Below are positions 8,293-16,196 of a stretch of DNA of 32,000 nucleotides, piece after piece. This DNA comes from Archaeoglobus fulgidus DSM 4304. GTDB taxonomy: Archaea; Halobacteriota; Archaeoglobi; Archaeoglobales; Archaeoglobaceae. The position numbers and the translations under genes were made by a program. The notes under the pieces are model-generated. The model was not told the DNA's origin, ran no database searches, and worked only from the letters and a program-made list of their open reading frames with translations. The stretch spans positions 1,830,001-1,862,000 of the forward strand of contig NC_000917.1 in the NCBI RefSeq assembly GCF_000008665.1, written 5' to 3'. Each line of letters begins with the position of its first letter. Positions within the stretch are counted from its first letter, which is position 1.

Positions 8293-10176
8293 GTGAAACA
8301 GCTGAGTTCGTTCGACATCAAGGCCTGCGTGAGGGAGCTCAAGGAGCTTGAGGGAGGGAAGGTGGAGAAGGTCTATCACCATCCGCCGGATGAAATAAGA
8401 ATAAGAATCTACGCTGGCAGGAAAGTTGACCTAGTAATTGAAGCGGGAAGGAGAATTCACCTCACCAAGTTTCCGAAGCAAGCCCCTCGATTTCCATCGG
8501 CCTTCGCGATGCTTTTGAGGAAGCACCTTGAGGGGGCGAGAATCAAGAAAATAGAGCAGTACGACTTTGACAGAGTTGTTGTAATCGAGTTCGAGCGGTT
8601 TGGTGAAATAAGAAGGATTGTAGCAGAGCTCTTCTCGAAAGGAAACGTCGTGCTGCTGAATGAGGAAAACCGAGTTATCATGCCCCTCAAACACACCATC
8701 AAGGTTGGGGAGCTTTACAGATTCCCGGAGCAGAGGGAAAGGAAAGACGAGGACAGAGAGGTGGTGAGAGTCCTTGCAATGTCCGGCTTGGGCGGGCTTT
8801 ATGCTGAAGAGGTTTGCCTGAGAGCCGGAATCGACAAGAAGAAAAAGTATGCAGAGCTGAGCGAGGATGAGAGGAAAAAGATTGACGAGGAGATTGAGAG
8901 GCTGATGAACTTTACTCCAAAGCCCCAGATTATCCTGAAGGATGGAGATTACCTCGACGTGGTGCCGATGGACCTGCTTTACTACTCAAACTACGAGAAG
9001 AAGTACTTCGAGTCCTTTAACGACGCCCTCGACGACTACTTCTCCAAGAAACTCGCCGAAATGGACGAGCTTGAGTCGATGAAGAGCGAAGAGCTAGAGA
9101 AGCTAAAGAAGAGGCTTGAAATTCAGAAGGAGAGCCTTAGGAAATTTGAGGATGAAGCGGAGAGCTTCAGGAAGATAGGGGATGCCATTTACGAGAACTA
9201 CCAGATGGTGGAGAAAATAATCGAGGCCTTCAGAGCTGCGAGGGAGAGAAAGAGCTGGGATGAGATTAAGGAGATCGTTGCGAGGGATGAGAAGCTTAAA
9301 AAGCTGGTAAAGGCCATTAAGCCCGAGAAGAACGCCATTGTGGTTAAAGTAGGCGATTTTGACGTTGAGCTTGAGATAAAAAAGAGCATTCACGAGAATG
9401 CAGACCTTTACTACGAGAAGGCCAAGAAGGCGAGGGAGAAGGCTGAGGGAGTGAAGAGAGCCATTGAAGCAACTCTGAGGGAGATGGAGAGGGTTGAGGA
9501 GAAGCTGGAGAAGAAGCTCGTCACGAGCATCAAAGTGAGAAGGAAGAAGGAGTGGTACGAGAACTACAGATGGTTCTTCACCAGCGAGGGCTTTCTCGTT
9601 ATTGGGGGCAGAACTGCGGAGATGAATGAGGAGATTGTAGCAAAGCACCTCGAAAGCCTCGACCTCTTCTTCCACACTCAAACTCCCGGTGCTCCAGCCG
9701 TAATCCTGAAAAGGGGGCAGGAGGCGGGGGAGGAGAGCATAAGGGAGGCTGCCGAGTTTGCCGCAACCTATTCAGCTTTATGGAAGGAAGGAAAGCATGC
9801 GGGAGAGGTTTACTACGTCCTGCCAGAGCAGGTTTCGAAGTCTGCCAAGGCCGGAGAGTACCTGCCGAAGGGAAGCTTCTACATCACGGGAAAGAGGAAC
9901 TACCTCACTGTTGAGCTGAACTGCGCCGTGGGCGTTGATGTTGAGAACCTGAGGGTGATTGGGGGGCCGGTGTCGGCAGTAAAAAAGCAGGCGAGCTACT
10001 ACGTGGAGCTTGAGATTGGTGATAAGGAGCACAATGAGCTTGGAGTGGAGATTGCAAAGAAGCTCGTGGAAATGGCTGGAGAGGAGAGGCACATAGTCAG
10101 GGCCGTGGCAACGCCAGATGAGATTATGAAGTTCCTACCTCCCGGAAAGGCGAGGATAAAGGATGAAGGTTCTTGA
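8293..10176 (+). CDS. NFACT-family protein (Rqc2/NEMF/RqcH homologue; FbpA N-terminal plus DUF814/NFACT-R)
   Basis: 627 aa with a GTG start after GAGGTGG. The NFACT-N region carries 'QYDFDRVVVIEF' (DR motif). It is followed by a long E/K coiled coil and then 'WFFTSEGFLVIGGRTAEMNEEIV...HTQTPGAPAVIL' (NFACT-R). Confidence 0.8.
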   Translation: MKQLSSFDIKACVRELKELEGGKVEKVYHHPPDEIRIRIYAGRKVDLVIEAGRRIHLTKFPKQAPRFPSAFAMLLRKHLEGARIKKIEQYDFDRVVVIEFERFGEIRRIVAELFSKGNVVLLNEENRVIMPLKHTIKVGELYRFPEQRERKDEDREVVRVLAMSGLGGLYAEEVCLRAGIDKKKKYAELSEDERKKIDEEIERLMNFTPKPQIILKDGDYLDVVPMDLLYYSNYEKKYFESFNDALDDYFSKKLAEMDELESMKSEELEKLKKRLEIQKESLRKFEDEAESFRKIGDAIYENYQMVEKIIEAFRAARERKSWDEIKEIVARDEKLKKLVKAIKPEKNAIVVKVGDFDVELEIKKSIHENADLYYEKAKKAREKAEGVKRAIEATLREMERVEEKLEKKLVTSIKVRRKKEWYENYRWFFTSEGFLVIGGRTAEMNEEIVAKHLESLDLFFHTQTPGAPAVILKRGQEAGEESIREAAEFAATYSALWKEGKHAGEVYYVLPEQVSKSAKAGEYLPKGSFYITGKRNYLTVELNCAVGVDVENLRVIGGPVSAVKKQASYYVELEIGDKEHNELGVEIAKKLVEMAGEERHIVRAVATPDEIMKFLPPGKARIKDEGS

Positions 10177-11137
10177 CTTTCCCTCCTCGAAAAAGGCCAA
10201 GGAGCTGGCGGTAAAGTACGGCTACGACGAGTTCATCGTTAGGAGGTGGCTTCACTTTTTTGGCGATGAAACTGAAGACATTATCAGGGCTTTTGAGGAG
10301 GGAATTCCGAAGTACATCCGAATCAACACTCTGAAGATTGACGAAAAAGGCCTGCTGGAGAGATTGGAGAGCAGAGGATTCAAGCTGAAGAAAACGGAGG
10401 TCCCCTACTGCTTTGAGGTTGTTGAGGAGCCCTACTCCATCGGAGCAACACCTGAGTACCTGATGGGCTACTACTACGTTATGGACAAGAGCTCCTGCAT
10501 TCCTCCCCTCGCCCTTGAACCAAAACCGGGAGAGGTTGTTGTTGACCTCGCAGCCTCTCCCGGCGGGAAAACTACCTTTTTATCAATGCTGATGGAAAAT
10601 AAGGGCGCTGTCATTGCCGTGGAGCCGCAGAAGGAAAGACTGCAGCCCCTCATAGACAACATAAACAGAATGGGGGCGATGAATGTGGCAGTGATTAACG
10701 TTGATGGTAGAAGAGTTCCTGCTATGGGAATAAAGGCCGACAGGGTTCTGCTCGACGCTCCGTGCACCGGGGAGGGGATAATCCACAAGGACCCATCAAG
10801 AAAGACGGACCGTGGAAAGGAGGACATCCTTTTCTGCTCCTCTTTACAGAGAGAGCTCGTCCTCGCAGCCTTCGATTGCCTTAAGGAAGGAGGAGTGATG
10901 GTCTACTCCACCTGCTCGCTCACACCTGAAGAAAACGAGTTTGTGGTGGATTTCCTGCTTGAGAGGAGAAAGGGGGTTGTTGAGGAGATTGAGTGGGGCG
11001 ATGAGGCTTTAGCTCTGCCGGGGGTTAAGAATGAGGTAAGCAAAGCGAGAAGGTTCTACCCCCACAGGCATCAATGCTCAGGGTTTTTTGTGGCCAGAAT
11101 CAGGAAGGTGGGAGATAGTAAAGCAAAACCGGAATAA
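10163..11137 (+). CDS. NOL1/NOP2/Sun (RsmB/Trm4) family RNA cytosine-C5 methyltransferase
   Basis: SAM motif 'VVDLAASPGGKT', motif IV 'LDAPCTGEG', motif VI 'YSTCSLTPEENE'. The start overlaps the NFACT stop by 14 nt. Confidence 0.85.
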   Translation: MKVLDFPSSKKAKELAVKYGYDEFIVRRWLHFFGDETEDIIRAFEEGIPKYIRINTLKIDEKGLLERLESRGFKLKKTEVPYCFEVVEEPYSIGATPEYLMGYYYVMDKSSCIPPLALEPKPGEVVVDLAASPGGKTTFLSMLMENKGAVIAVEPQKERLQPLIDNINRMGAMNVAVINVDGRRVPAMGIKADRVLLDAPCTGEGIIHKDPSRKTDRGKEDILFCSSLQRELVLAAFDCLKEGGVMVYSTCSLTPEENEFVVDFLLERRKGVVEEIEWGDEALALPGVKNEVSKARRFYPHRHQCSGFFVARIRKVGDSKAKPE

Positions 11138-12290
11138 TCAGGCAGCCCATGCAGTTAGCCCTCCTCACACCGAGGAGTGGGGCGGACATACCGACTATGG
11201 AGGACACAAAGAGAACCATGAGTCCCACGAATCCCGTGAGGGTGTAAGTTAAGGCTATCAGAAAGAGGAGAACCGCCGCGGAAAGCTTTGAGAACCTCAG
11301 CCTCGTAAGGCGTGAGAGGGCCAATCTCGATACAAAGAGAGTTAGAGGCAGAGCGATTGAGGCTGAAACTGTTACCATAAAGATTAACTCGAAGAAAGAG
11401 GGATGCACGCCGAGACTCAGCAGCGCATCTGCAGCACCGCTTCTGGTTTTGGAGGTTGCAATCAGCATGAAAAAGCAGAGAACGGCATTGGCGGAGTTTG
11501 CGGCGCTTACAGCAGCAACGTAGCCTTCCCTATCCCGTATCCCAACTGTGGCAAGGACCGTTGCAACACCGCTGCTAACTCCGGGGAACAGGGAGACCAA
11601 AAAGCCCGCGATTGTTCCGGCTGAGACTGCGTTGCTGCCCGGCATCCTCAGCCTCACTTCCTGGGGCGGAACGCTGCCGGAGGTCGTTTGGAGAAGTATT
11701 GGAACGCCGAAGAGGCCTGTAAGGAGAGGAAGGAACATTGAGCCCGCCGGATTGTACACGTATTCCGAAACCTGGAAGGTAACGAAGCCGATAAATCCGG
11801 AAACGGCAAAAACGAGAAAGGCGTAGAGCCTTTTGCGCCACGCGGAGTAGCTACCACCGAACTCCTCACCCCTTTCCGTGAGAATCAGGAAGGCGGAAAT
11901 CGCGAGGAGGGCTAAGGGCGTAAAGCGCCTGATTGCCGAATAGCTTAGACCCAAAAGGTAAATTGCAGGATAGAGAAGGAAGCTCAAAATTATCGCCAAA
12001 AAGGAAGCTATGGCAGAAATGCTAACCGCCTCAAACCCCCTCCCTTCGAGAACCATCTCGTTGGCGGGGTGGACCGCAATGGCTGTATCTTCATCAGGAA
12101 CTCCCAGAAACACTGTTGGGATAATGTTGGCTATCGTGTAAGCGATGGCTGATGAAACGATAATTGCGGAAGGATTTTGAAAGCTTGGGGAGTACAGAAG
12201 AGTTAAGGAGGCGAAGGTGTTGCTGTGAATCCCTGGAATCAGTCCTGCAATGAAACCGAGCAGTGTGCCGAGCAGAGTGTCAGTGAGCAT
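11100..12290 (-). CDS. polytopic membrane protein, TctA/DUF112-like
   Basis: 396 aa and highly hydrophobic. The N-terminal 'LGTLLGFIAGLIPGIHSNT' resembles the TctA-family GxxPG motif. The family call is from memory only. Confidence 0.55.
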   Translation of the reverse strand: MLTDTLLGTLLGFIAGLIPGIHSNTFASLTLLYSPSFQNPSAIIVSSAIAYTIANIIPTVFLGVPDEDTAIAVHPANEMVLEGRGFEAVSISAIASFLAIILSFLLYPAIYLLGLSYSAIRRFTPLALLAISAFLILTERGEEFGGSYSAWRKRLYAFLVFAVSGFIGFVTFQVSEYVYNPAGSMFLPLLTGLFGVPILLQTTSGSVPPQEVRLRMPGSNAVSAGTIAGFLVSLFPGVSSGVATVLATVGIRDREGYVAAVSAANSANAVLCFFMLIATSKTRSGAADALLSLGVHPSFFELIFMVTVSASIALPLTLFVSRLALSRLTRLRFSKLSAAVLLFLIALTYTLTGFVGLMVLFVSSIVGMSAPLLGVRRANCMGCLIIPVLLYYLPPS

Positions 12291-12355
12291 TGCAGCGAAT
12301 AAACCTCCAGTAAATTAAGTTTGTGGTGTGGTGTCAAAGGTTGCAATTCGAAACG

Positions 12356-12363
12356 TTTATTTG
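12356..12363 (+). promoter_or_regulatory. TATA box (TTTATTTG) with an upstream purine-rich BRE-like 'cgaaac' for tRNA-Gly
   Basis: The box lies 23 nt upstream of tRNA position 1 (12387). Confidence 0.5.
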
Positions 12364-12386
12364 CTTAGTTGAGTAAAAGCGTACAA

Positions 12387-12457
12387 GCGGTCGTAGTCTA
12401 GCGGCAGGACACGGGCCTCCCGAGCCCGTTGCCCGGGTTCGAATCCCGGCGGCCGCA
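12387..12457 (+). tRNA. tRNA-Gly (anticodon CCC), no intron, CCA not encoded
   Basis: Hand-folded cloverleaf: acceptor GCGGTCG/CGGCCGC (one U-G pair), D arm GTCT/GGAC, anticodon stem CGGGC/GCCCG with loop CTCCCGA, 4-nt variable loop, T arm CCGGG-TTCGAAT-CCCGG, discriminator A. Confidence 0.9.
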
Positions 12458-12460
12458 CTG

Positions 12461-12466
12461 TTTTTT
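12461..12466 (+). terminator. oligo-T tract (TTTTTT) directly after the tRNA
   Basis: 'gcaCTGTTTTTTGTTT'. Archaeal RNA polymerase terminates at oligo-T runs. Confidence 0.45.
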
Positions 12467-12595
12467 GTTTATAGATTCAGTTTTCATAAGAACTTCGTGG
12501 AAATTATTTTAACTCCCCCATTGCTTTCAGTCTTTAATTCTTTTCGCAGCAAGAAAGTATATATTATCTAAAATCAAAAAATTCAAGGTGATAAC

Positions 12596-13150
12596 TTGAC
12601 AAGCGGAGAAAAGATAACATTGTCCAATGCGGCAACGATTGCCGGTAGTGGACTTATATTGATGTCGGTGCTGGCAATCATTTTCCTCCTTAACCTAAAG
12701 CCAACTATCTACTCAATTGTCGGAATTTTCTTGATAATTATTCTTGACGTCACTGTTGCGGTTGCTCTATACTTCCTGCTGAGACCTGTGAGTAAAAACA
12801 TCTCGATGCTGATGTCTCTGTTCCGAATCGTGTATGCAGCTATATTTACAACCGCCTTGTACAAGATCCATGATTTAACGGCATTTTACTCCATTCTGGA
12901 TTTGGGATACATCTTTTTCGGAATCCACCTTTTCTTGTTGGGTTTTCTGGTTTACAAATCAGGGTATATGCCCAAGTGGCTTGGCGCTCTGATTTTTATT
13001 GCATCAACGGGATACATAATCGACCCCCTTCTCAGATTTTCCGGATATGCAGTTGAAATAGGGATGTACACTTTCTTTGGAGAGGTTCTGTTTGCTTTCT
13101 GGCTGGTGATAAAAGGTAGAAAACTATCGGAGGTGGTCAGCACTCCCTAA
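12596..13150 (+). CDS. small multi-pass membrane protein (DUF4386-like), low-GC gene
   Basis: 184-aa ORF with a TTG start 3 nt after AGGTGAT, and about 5 predicted TM segments. The family assignment is a weak recollection. Hand-counted GC is 40% and 37% in two 100-nt samples, against 50% in a pyrH sample. Confidence 0.5.
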   Translation: MTSGEKITLSNAATIAGSGLILMSVLAIIFLLNLKPTIYSIVGIFLIIILDVTVAVALYFLLRPVSKNISMLMSLFRIVYAAIFTTALYKIHDLTAFYSILDLGYIFFGIHLFLLGFLVYKSGYMPKWLGALIFIASTGYIIDPLLRFSGYAVEIGMYTFFGEVLFAFWLVIKGRKLSEVVSTP

Positions 13151-13208
13151 ATCCTATTTTTCCGCTCTACCAGACTGCGCCGATTAAACTCAAACTTCCA
13201 ACCGAGAC

Positions 13209-13216
13209 TATAAAAA
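13209..13216 (+). promoter_or_regulatory. TATA box (TATAAAAA) 22 nt upstream of the pyrH ATG, suggesting a leaderless transcript
   Basis: 'gagacTATAAAAAcccctctgctcaaccaactacgATG'. Confidence 0.5.
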
Positions 13217-13238
13217 CCCCTCTGCTCAACCAACTACG

Positions 13239-13898
13239 ATGAAAGTCGTTCTGTCGCTCGGCGGCTCTGTCCTCTCCAATGAATCTGAAAAGATAAGAGA
13301 GTTCGCAAAAACGATAGAGAGCGTTGCCCAGCAAAATCAGGTATTCGTCGTTGTTGGTGGGGGCAAGCTGGCCAGAGAGTACATAAAGAGGGCAAGAGAA
13401 CTTGGAGCGAGCGAGACCTTTTGCGACTACATCGGCATTGCTGCAACAAGGCTGAACGCCATGCTCCTTATATCAGCCATCCCTTCAGCAGCGAAAAAAG
13501 TCCCGGTAGATTTCATGGAGGCTGAAGAGCTGTCAAAGCTTTACAGGGTTGTTGTGATGGGCGGAACCTTCCCCGGCCATACCACCGATGCCACAGCAGC
13601 CCTTCTCGCCGAATTTATAAAAGCTGACGTGTTCATCAACGCCACGAACGTGGATGGCGTTTACTCTGCCGATCCAAAGTCTGACACAAGTGCAGTTAAG
13701 TACGACAGGCTCTCACCTCAGCAGCTTGTTGAGATCGTGAGCAGAAGCTCCGCCAAAGCGGGAACGAACGTCGTCATCGACTTGCTCGCTGCAAAAATAA
13801 TAGAAAGAAGCAAGATTAAGACCTACGTCATCCTTGGCACGCCTGAAAACATAATGAAGGCTGTGAAAGGAGAAGCTGTGGGGACGGTTATAGCTTAA
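13239..13898 (+). CDS. pyrH: uridylate (UMP) kinase, archaeal type
   Basis: Amino-acid-kinase fold motifs 'VVLSLGGSVL', 'VVVGGG' and 'GGTFPGHTTDATAALLAE'. The 219-aa length is typical of archaeal PyrH. Confidence 0.9.
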   Translation: MKVVLSLGGSVLSNESEKIREFAKTIESVAQQNQVFVVVGGGKLAREYIKRARELGASETFCDYIGIAATRLNAMLLISAIPSAAKKVPVDFMEAEELSKLYRVVVMGGTFPGHTTDATAALLAEFIKADVFINATNVDGVYSADPKSDTSAVKYDRLSPQQLVEIVSRSSAKAGTNVVIDLLAAKIIERSKIKTYVILGTPENIMKAVKGEAVGTVIA

Positions 13899-13932
13899 CT
13901 TGAGATGGCTATGAGAGCTAAAACAGCCTATC

Positions 13933-14118
13933 TCAGCGCTCAAGCCTCATGAGAGGATAGCCAAGCTCCTCATCCCACTCCAGAACAGCCGAGACCTCAG
14001 CTTTGCCAACCCTAACCCTCACCCGCGCGAACAGCATGTCCGGCATCAGGGAGGTGTAGCCGAAAGCCGATACATCTTTAAGCTTATCCCTGTTTATCCT
14101 GACCTCCGCATCCACCAC
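13933..14118 (-). CDS. hypothetical small protein (61 aa from a GTG start). The reading frame stays open for another 54 codons upstream.
   Basis: The only canonical start in the frame is the GTG at 14118, and no SD precedes it. I recognise no homology. See the related finding. Confidence 0.3.
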   Translation of the reverse strand: MVDAEVRINRDKLKDVSAFGYTSLMPDMLFARVRVRVGKAEVSAVLEWDEELGYPLMRLER

Positions 14119-14222
14119 GTAGGGCTGAAGAAGGACACAGCTCCGAATGGCCTTCTCAAGGATTTCCGCATTCCTTTCCGCGACCGGGGCACCAATGAAT
14201 TGATGAAATAACGCTCCAAGCT

Positions 14223-14888
14223 TTATTCCTGCTTCGAAAGCAGCCTCTTCAACCTCCTTTCTCTCCAGAATCTCACCCCCTCACCAATTATCGGCAGCGT
14301 TATGTAAACCCCAACTAAAAGAAGTATCGCGTAGCACATTTCCGCGAAGAAAATGGCTGAAATCAGAACGAAACCAACAACCAGCAGCGCAAACGCATCT
14401 CTGACTCTCGGATACCTCACGTCGCATACCATCAGAAAGGAGAGCAGAAAAGCCGCAACCGCAGCCCAGCCGTATCCAGCATCCAGCCTTACGAGCGAGG
14501 TTACAGCAAGGGCGCTCACCAGAGTGGGGACGCCAATAAAATCCTCGACGTTGAGCACGTTGAATCTGGCAAGGCGGAGAATGCTGAATGCGAGAAATAG
14601 GGCCGCGAATGGGAAGAGGTTCGCGTCGTACTTCACAAGAAGGGATGCGGGGAAAACGCCAAATGAGATTGAGTCGGCAAGAGAGTCCAGCTCCTTCCCA
14701 AAAGGACTTTTTTCGGTCTTTTTCGCGATGAAGCCGTCCAGCCCATCCGAGAAGGTTGAAAGGTAGAACAGAGCGTAGGACTCGACCCTTATCCCGTATA
14801 GGAGAAGGTAAGCGACGGCAGTAAAACCGAAAAGAGCGTTCAGGACTGAAAGCGAGTCGGCTAGGCTAACTTCCCTGAAAACTCTCAT
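14223..14888 (-). CDS. pssA: CDP-alcohol phosphatidyltransferase: archaetidylserine (phosphatidylserine) synthase
   Basis: 'DGLDGFIAKKTEKSPFGKELDSLADSISFG' matches the signature D-G-x2-A-R/K-x8-G-x3-D-x3-D. The protein is polytopic. Its start overlaps psd by 23 nt. Confidence 0.85.
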   Translation of the reverse strand: MRVFREVSLADSLSVLNALFGFTAVAYLLLYGIRVESYALFYLSTFSDGLDGFIAKKTEKSPFGKELDSLADSISFGVFPASLLVKYDANLFPFAALFLAFSILRLARFNVLNVEDFIGVPTLVSALAVTSLVRLDAGYGWAAVAAFLLSFLMVCDVRYPRVRDAFALLVVGFVLISAIFFAEMCYAILLLVGVYITLPIIGEGVRFWRERRLKRLLSKQE

Positions 14889-15453
14889 CTCTTAAAGCAA
14901 CCGTTTCACCAGCTTTAACCTTTTCGCCCACGCCCCTGACAAACCTGAATCCCTCCGGCACCTCCAGAACAACTCTCGAACCGAACCTGATCATCCCTAT
15001 TTTCTGCCCTTTTTTTACCACATCCCCTTCACTGACGTAGCTCACAATTCTTCTTGCAAAGATGCCGGCCATCTGCAAAACTCTGAAAACACCGTGTTCG
15101 GTCTCAATCAGTATTTCGTTCGTCCTGACCCCGCTTTTTCTTATAAAAGCCGGAGGTGTGCTCCCCTCAATGAACTTCACCGAGAGAACTTTTCCGCCCC
15201 ACGGAGCGCGGTTAATGTGGCAGTCGAAGGGGGACATGAAGATTTCCAGCCTCCTGCCCTCCAAGTAATCTATCCTGCCATCTGCCGGCGACACAACCCC
15301 CTCTCCTATTTTTCTCTCGGGGTCTCTGAAAAAGTAGGCTGTAAAGAGTGCAAAGCCCACGAAGAGGGCAGAGATTAGTGGGTGCAGTAAATAGGCAACC
15401 GCCGATAAAAGCAGAGATGCTGCAATAATGCCGTAGCCGCTTCGCTCTATCAT
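14866..15453 (-). CDS. psd: archaetidylserine (phosphatidylserine) decarboxylase proenzyme
   Basis: N-terminal TM segments followed by 'MSPFDCHINRAP' and the self-cleavage-type 'FGSRV' motif. The ATG overlaps the upstream gene's TGA (ATGA). Confidence 0.85.
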   Translation of the reverse strand: MIERSGYGIIAASLLLSAVAYLLHPLISALFVGFALFTAYFFRDPERKIGEGVVSPADGRIDYLEGRRLEIFMSPFDCHINRAPWGGKVLSVKFIEGSTPPAFIRKSGVRTNEILIETEHGVFRVLQMAGIFARRIVSYVSEGDVVKKGQKIGMIRFGSRVVLEVPEGFRFVRGVGEKVKAGETVALRDESFQGS

Positions 15454-16196
15454 CTACCACCACCCACCAGTTCGTCCTTGAGAGAGTATATTAAATCTGC
15501 CAGTTCGGGAAGGAGCTTGAAAACACCGTAGGCGATGAAAATGAGAGCCAGCGTCGAGCCTATTTTCGAAACAACGTTGTGAGCTATGTAGAAGCTGTTC
15601 TCACCAAACCAGCTGTAGGCGAAGGAAACCGTCACGAAAACGTTTCTGAAGAGGTTCAGGACATATATCACGGGAACAGATATTAAAAAGGCCTTGACCT
15701 TCCTTGAAACCTCCGCTCTCACACCAAGTGTTGCTCCTGTGAAAAGGGCCATGCTCTCGATGGCTGTGCAGGCGAGAATTATCCTAACACTCCTGCCGTT
15801 GAGATACAAATTCACCCCTTCCTTCACAACGCCGTAACCAAGCAGATTCGCAAGAGAAGCTGTAAGGTGCGCCGTGCAGTCAATTAAGGCATCGCCGAGA
15901 GGTGTGAAGGCGAAGGGAAAGTAAACGACGAATGCAAGAGCCGAGAAGGCCGTTACGTCAACAAAAGTCTGAGAATTTGCGGTAAGAATTTTTATGGCCA
16001 TGTAAAGGAAAAAAACGTAGGCCAAAAAGAATACGGCGGTGTTGTAGTAATCTGCAGACGACAAGTAATCGGGGACCTTGATGAGGCATGCTGCGGAGAA
16101 GAGAGCCCACCCCAGGAAGCCAGCAAAGTTGCTGCGTGTTTTAACGTAAACCAGCATCGGAATTAGAGAGACTGCTGAAATTACCTCTGCCAGCAT
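15450..16196 (-). CDS. archaeosortase/exosortase-family polytopic membrane protein (subclass not determined)
   Basis: About 8 TM segments with the family's Cys/Arg/His signature in order: 'RIILACTAIESMALF', 'VLNLFRNVFV', 'YIAHNVVSKIG'. I prefer the ATG at 16196. A TTG at 16208 is an alternative start. Confidence 0.7.
   Translation of the reverse strand: MLAEVISAVSLIPMLVYVKTRSNFAGFLGWALFSAACLIKVPDYLSSADYYNTAVFFLAYVFFLYMAIKILTANSQTFVDVTAFSALAFVVYFPFAFTPLGDALIDCTAHLTASLANLLGYGVVKEGVNLYLNGRSVRIILACTAIESMALFTGATLGVRAEVSRKVKAFLISVPVIYVLNLFRNVFVTVSFAYSWFGENSFYIAHNVVSKIGSTLALIFIAYGVFKLLPELADLIYSLKDELVGGGR

Noticed and set aside
9103-9681. 192-aa minus-strand ORF inside the NFACT gene. The same reasoning applies to 18012-18590 and 23420-24073.
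   Set aside because: It is antisense to the coiled-coil E/K-rich region, which yields stop-poor Leu/Phe/Ser-rich mirror frames. There is no independent support.
13899-13935. Imperfect hairpin (cttGAGATGGCT...AGCCtATCTCag) between pyrH and the convergent small ORF, as an intrinsic terminator
   Set aside because: The stem is short and bulged, and no oligo-T tract follows on either strand. Archaeal termination does not require hairpins, so the functional call is unsupported.
14276-14283. The G5 run as a canonical programmed -1 frameshift site in pssA
   Set aside because: The sequence (G GGG GUG in the pssA frame) is not an X XXY YYZ slippery heptamer, and I see no obvious downstream pseudoknot. 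It is retained only as one of several explanations in the related finding.
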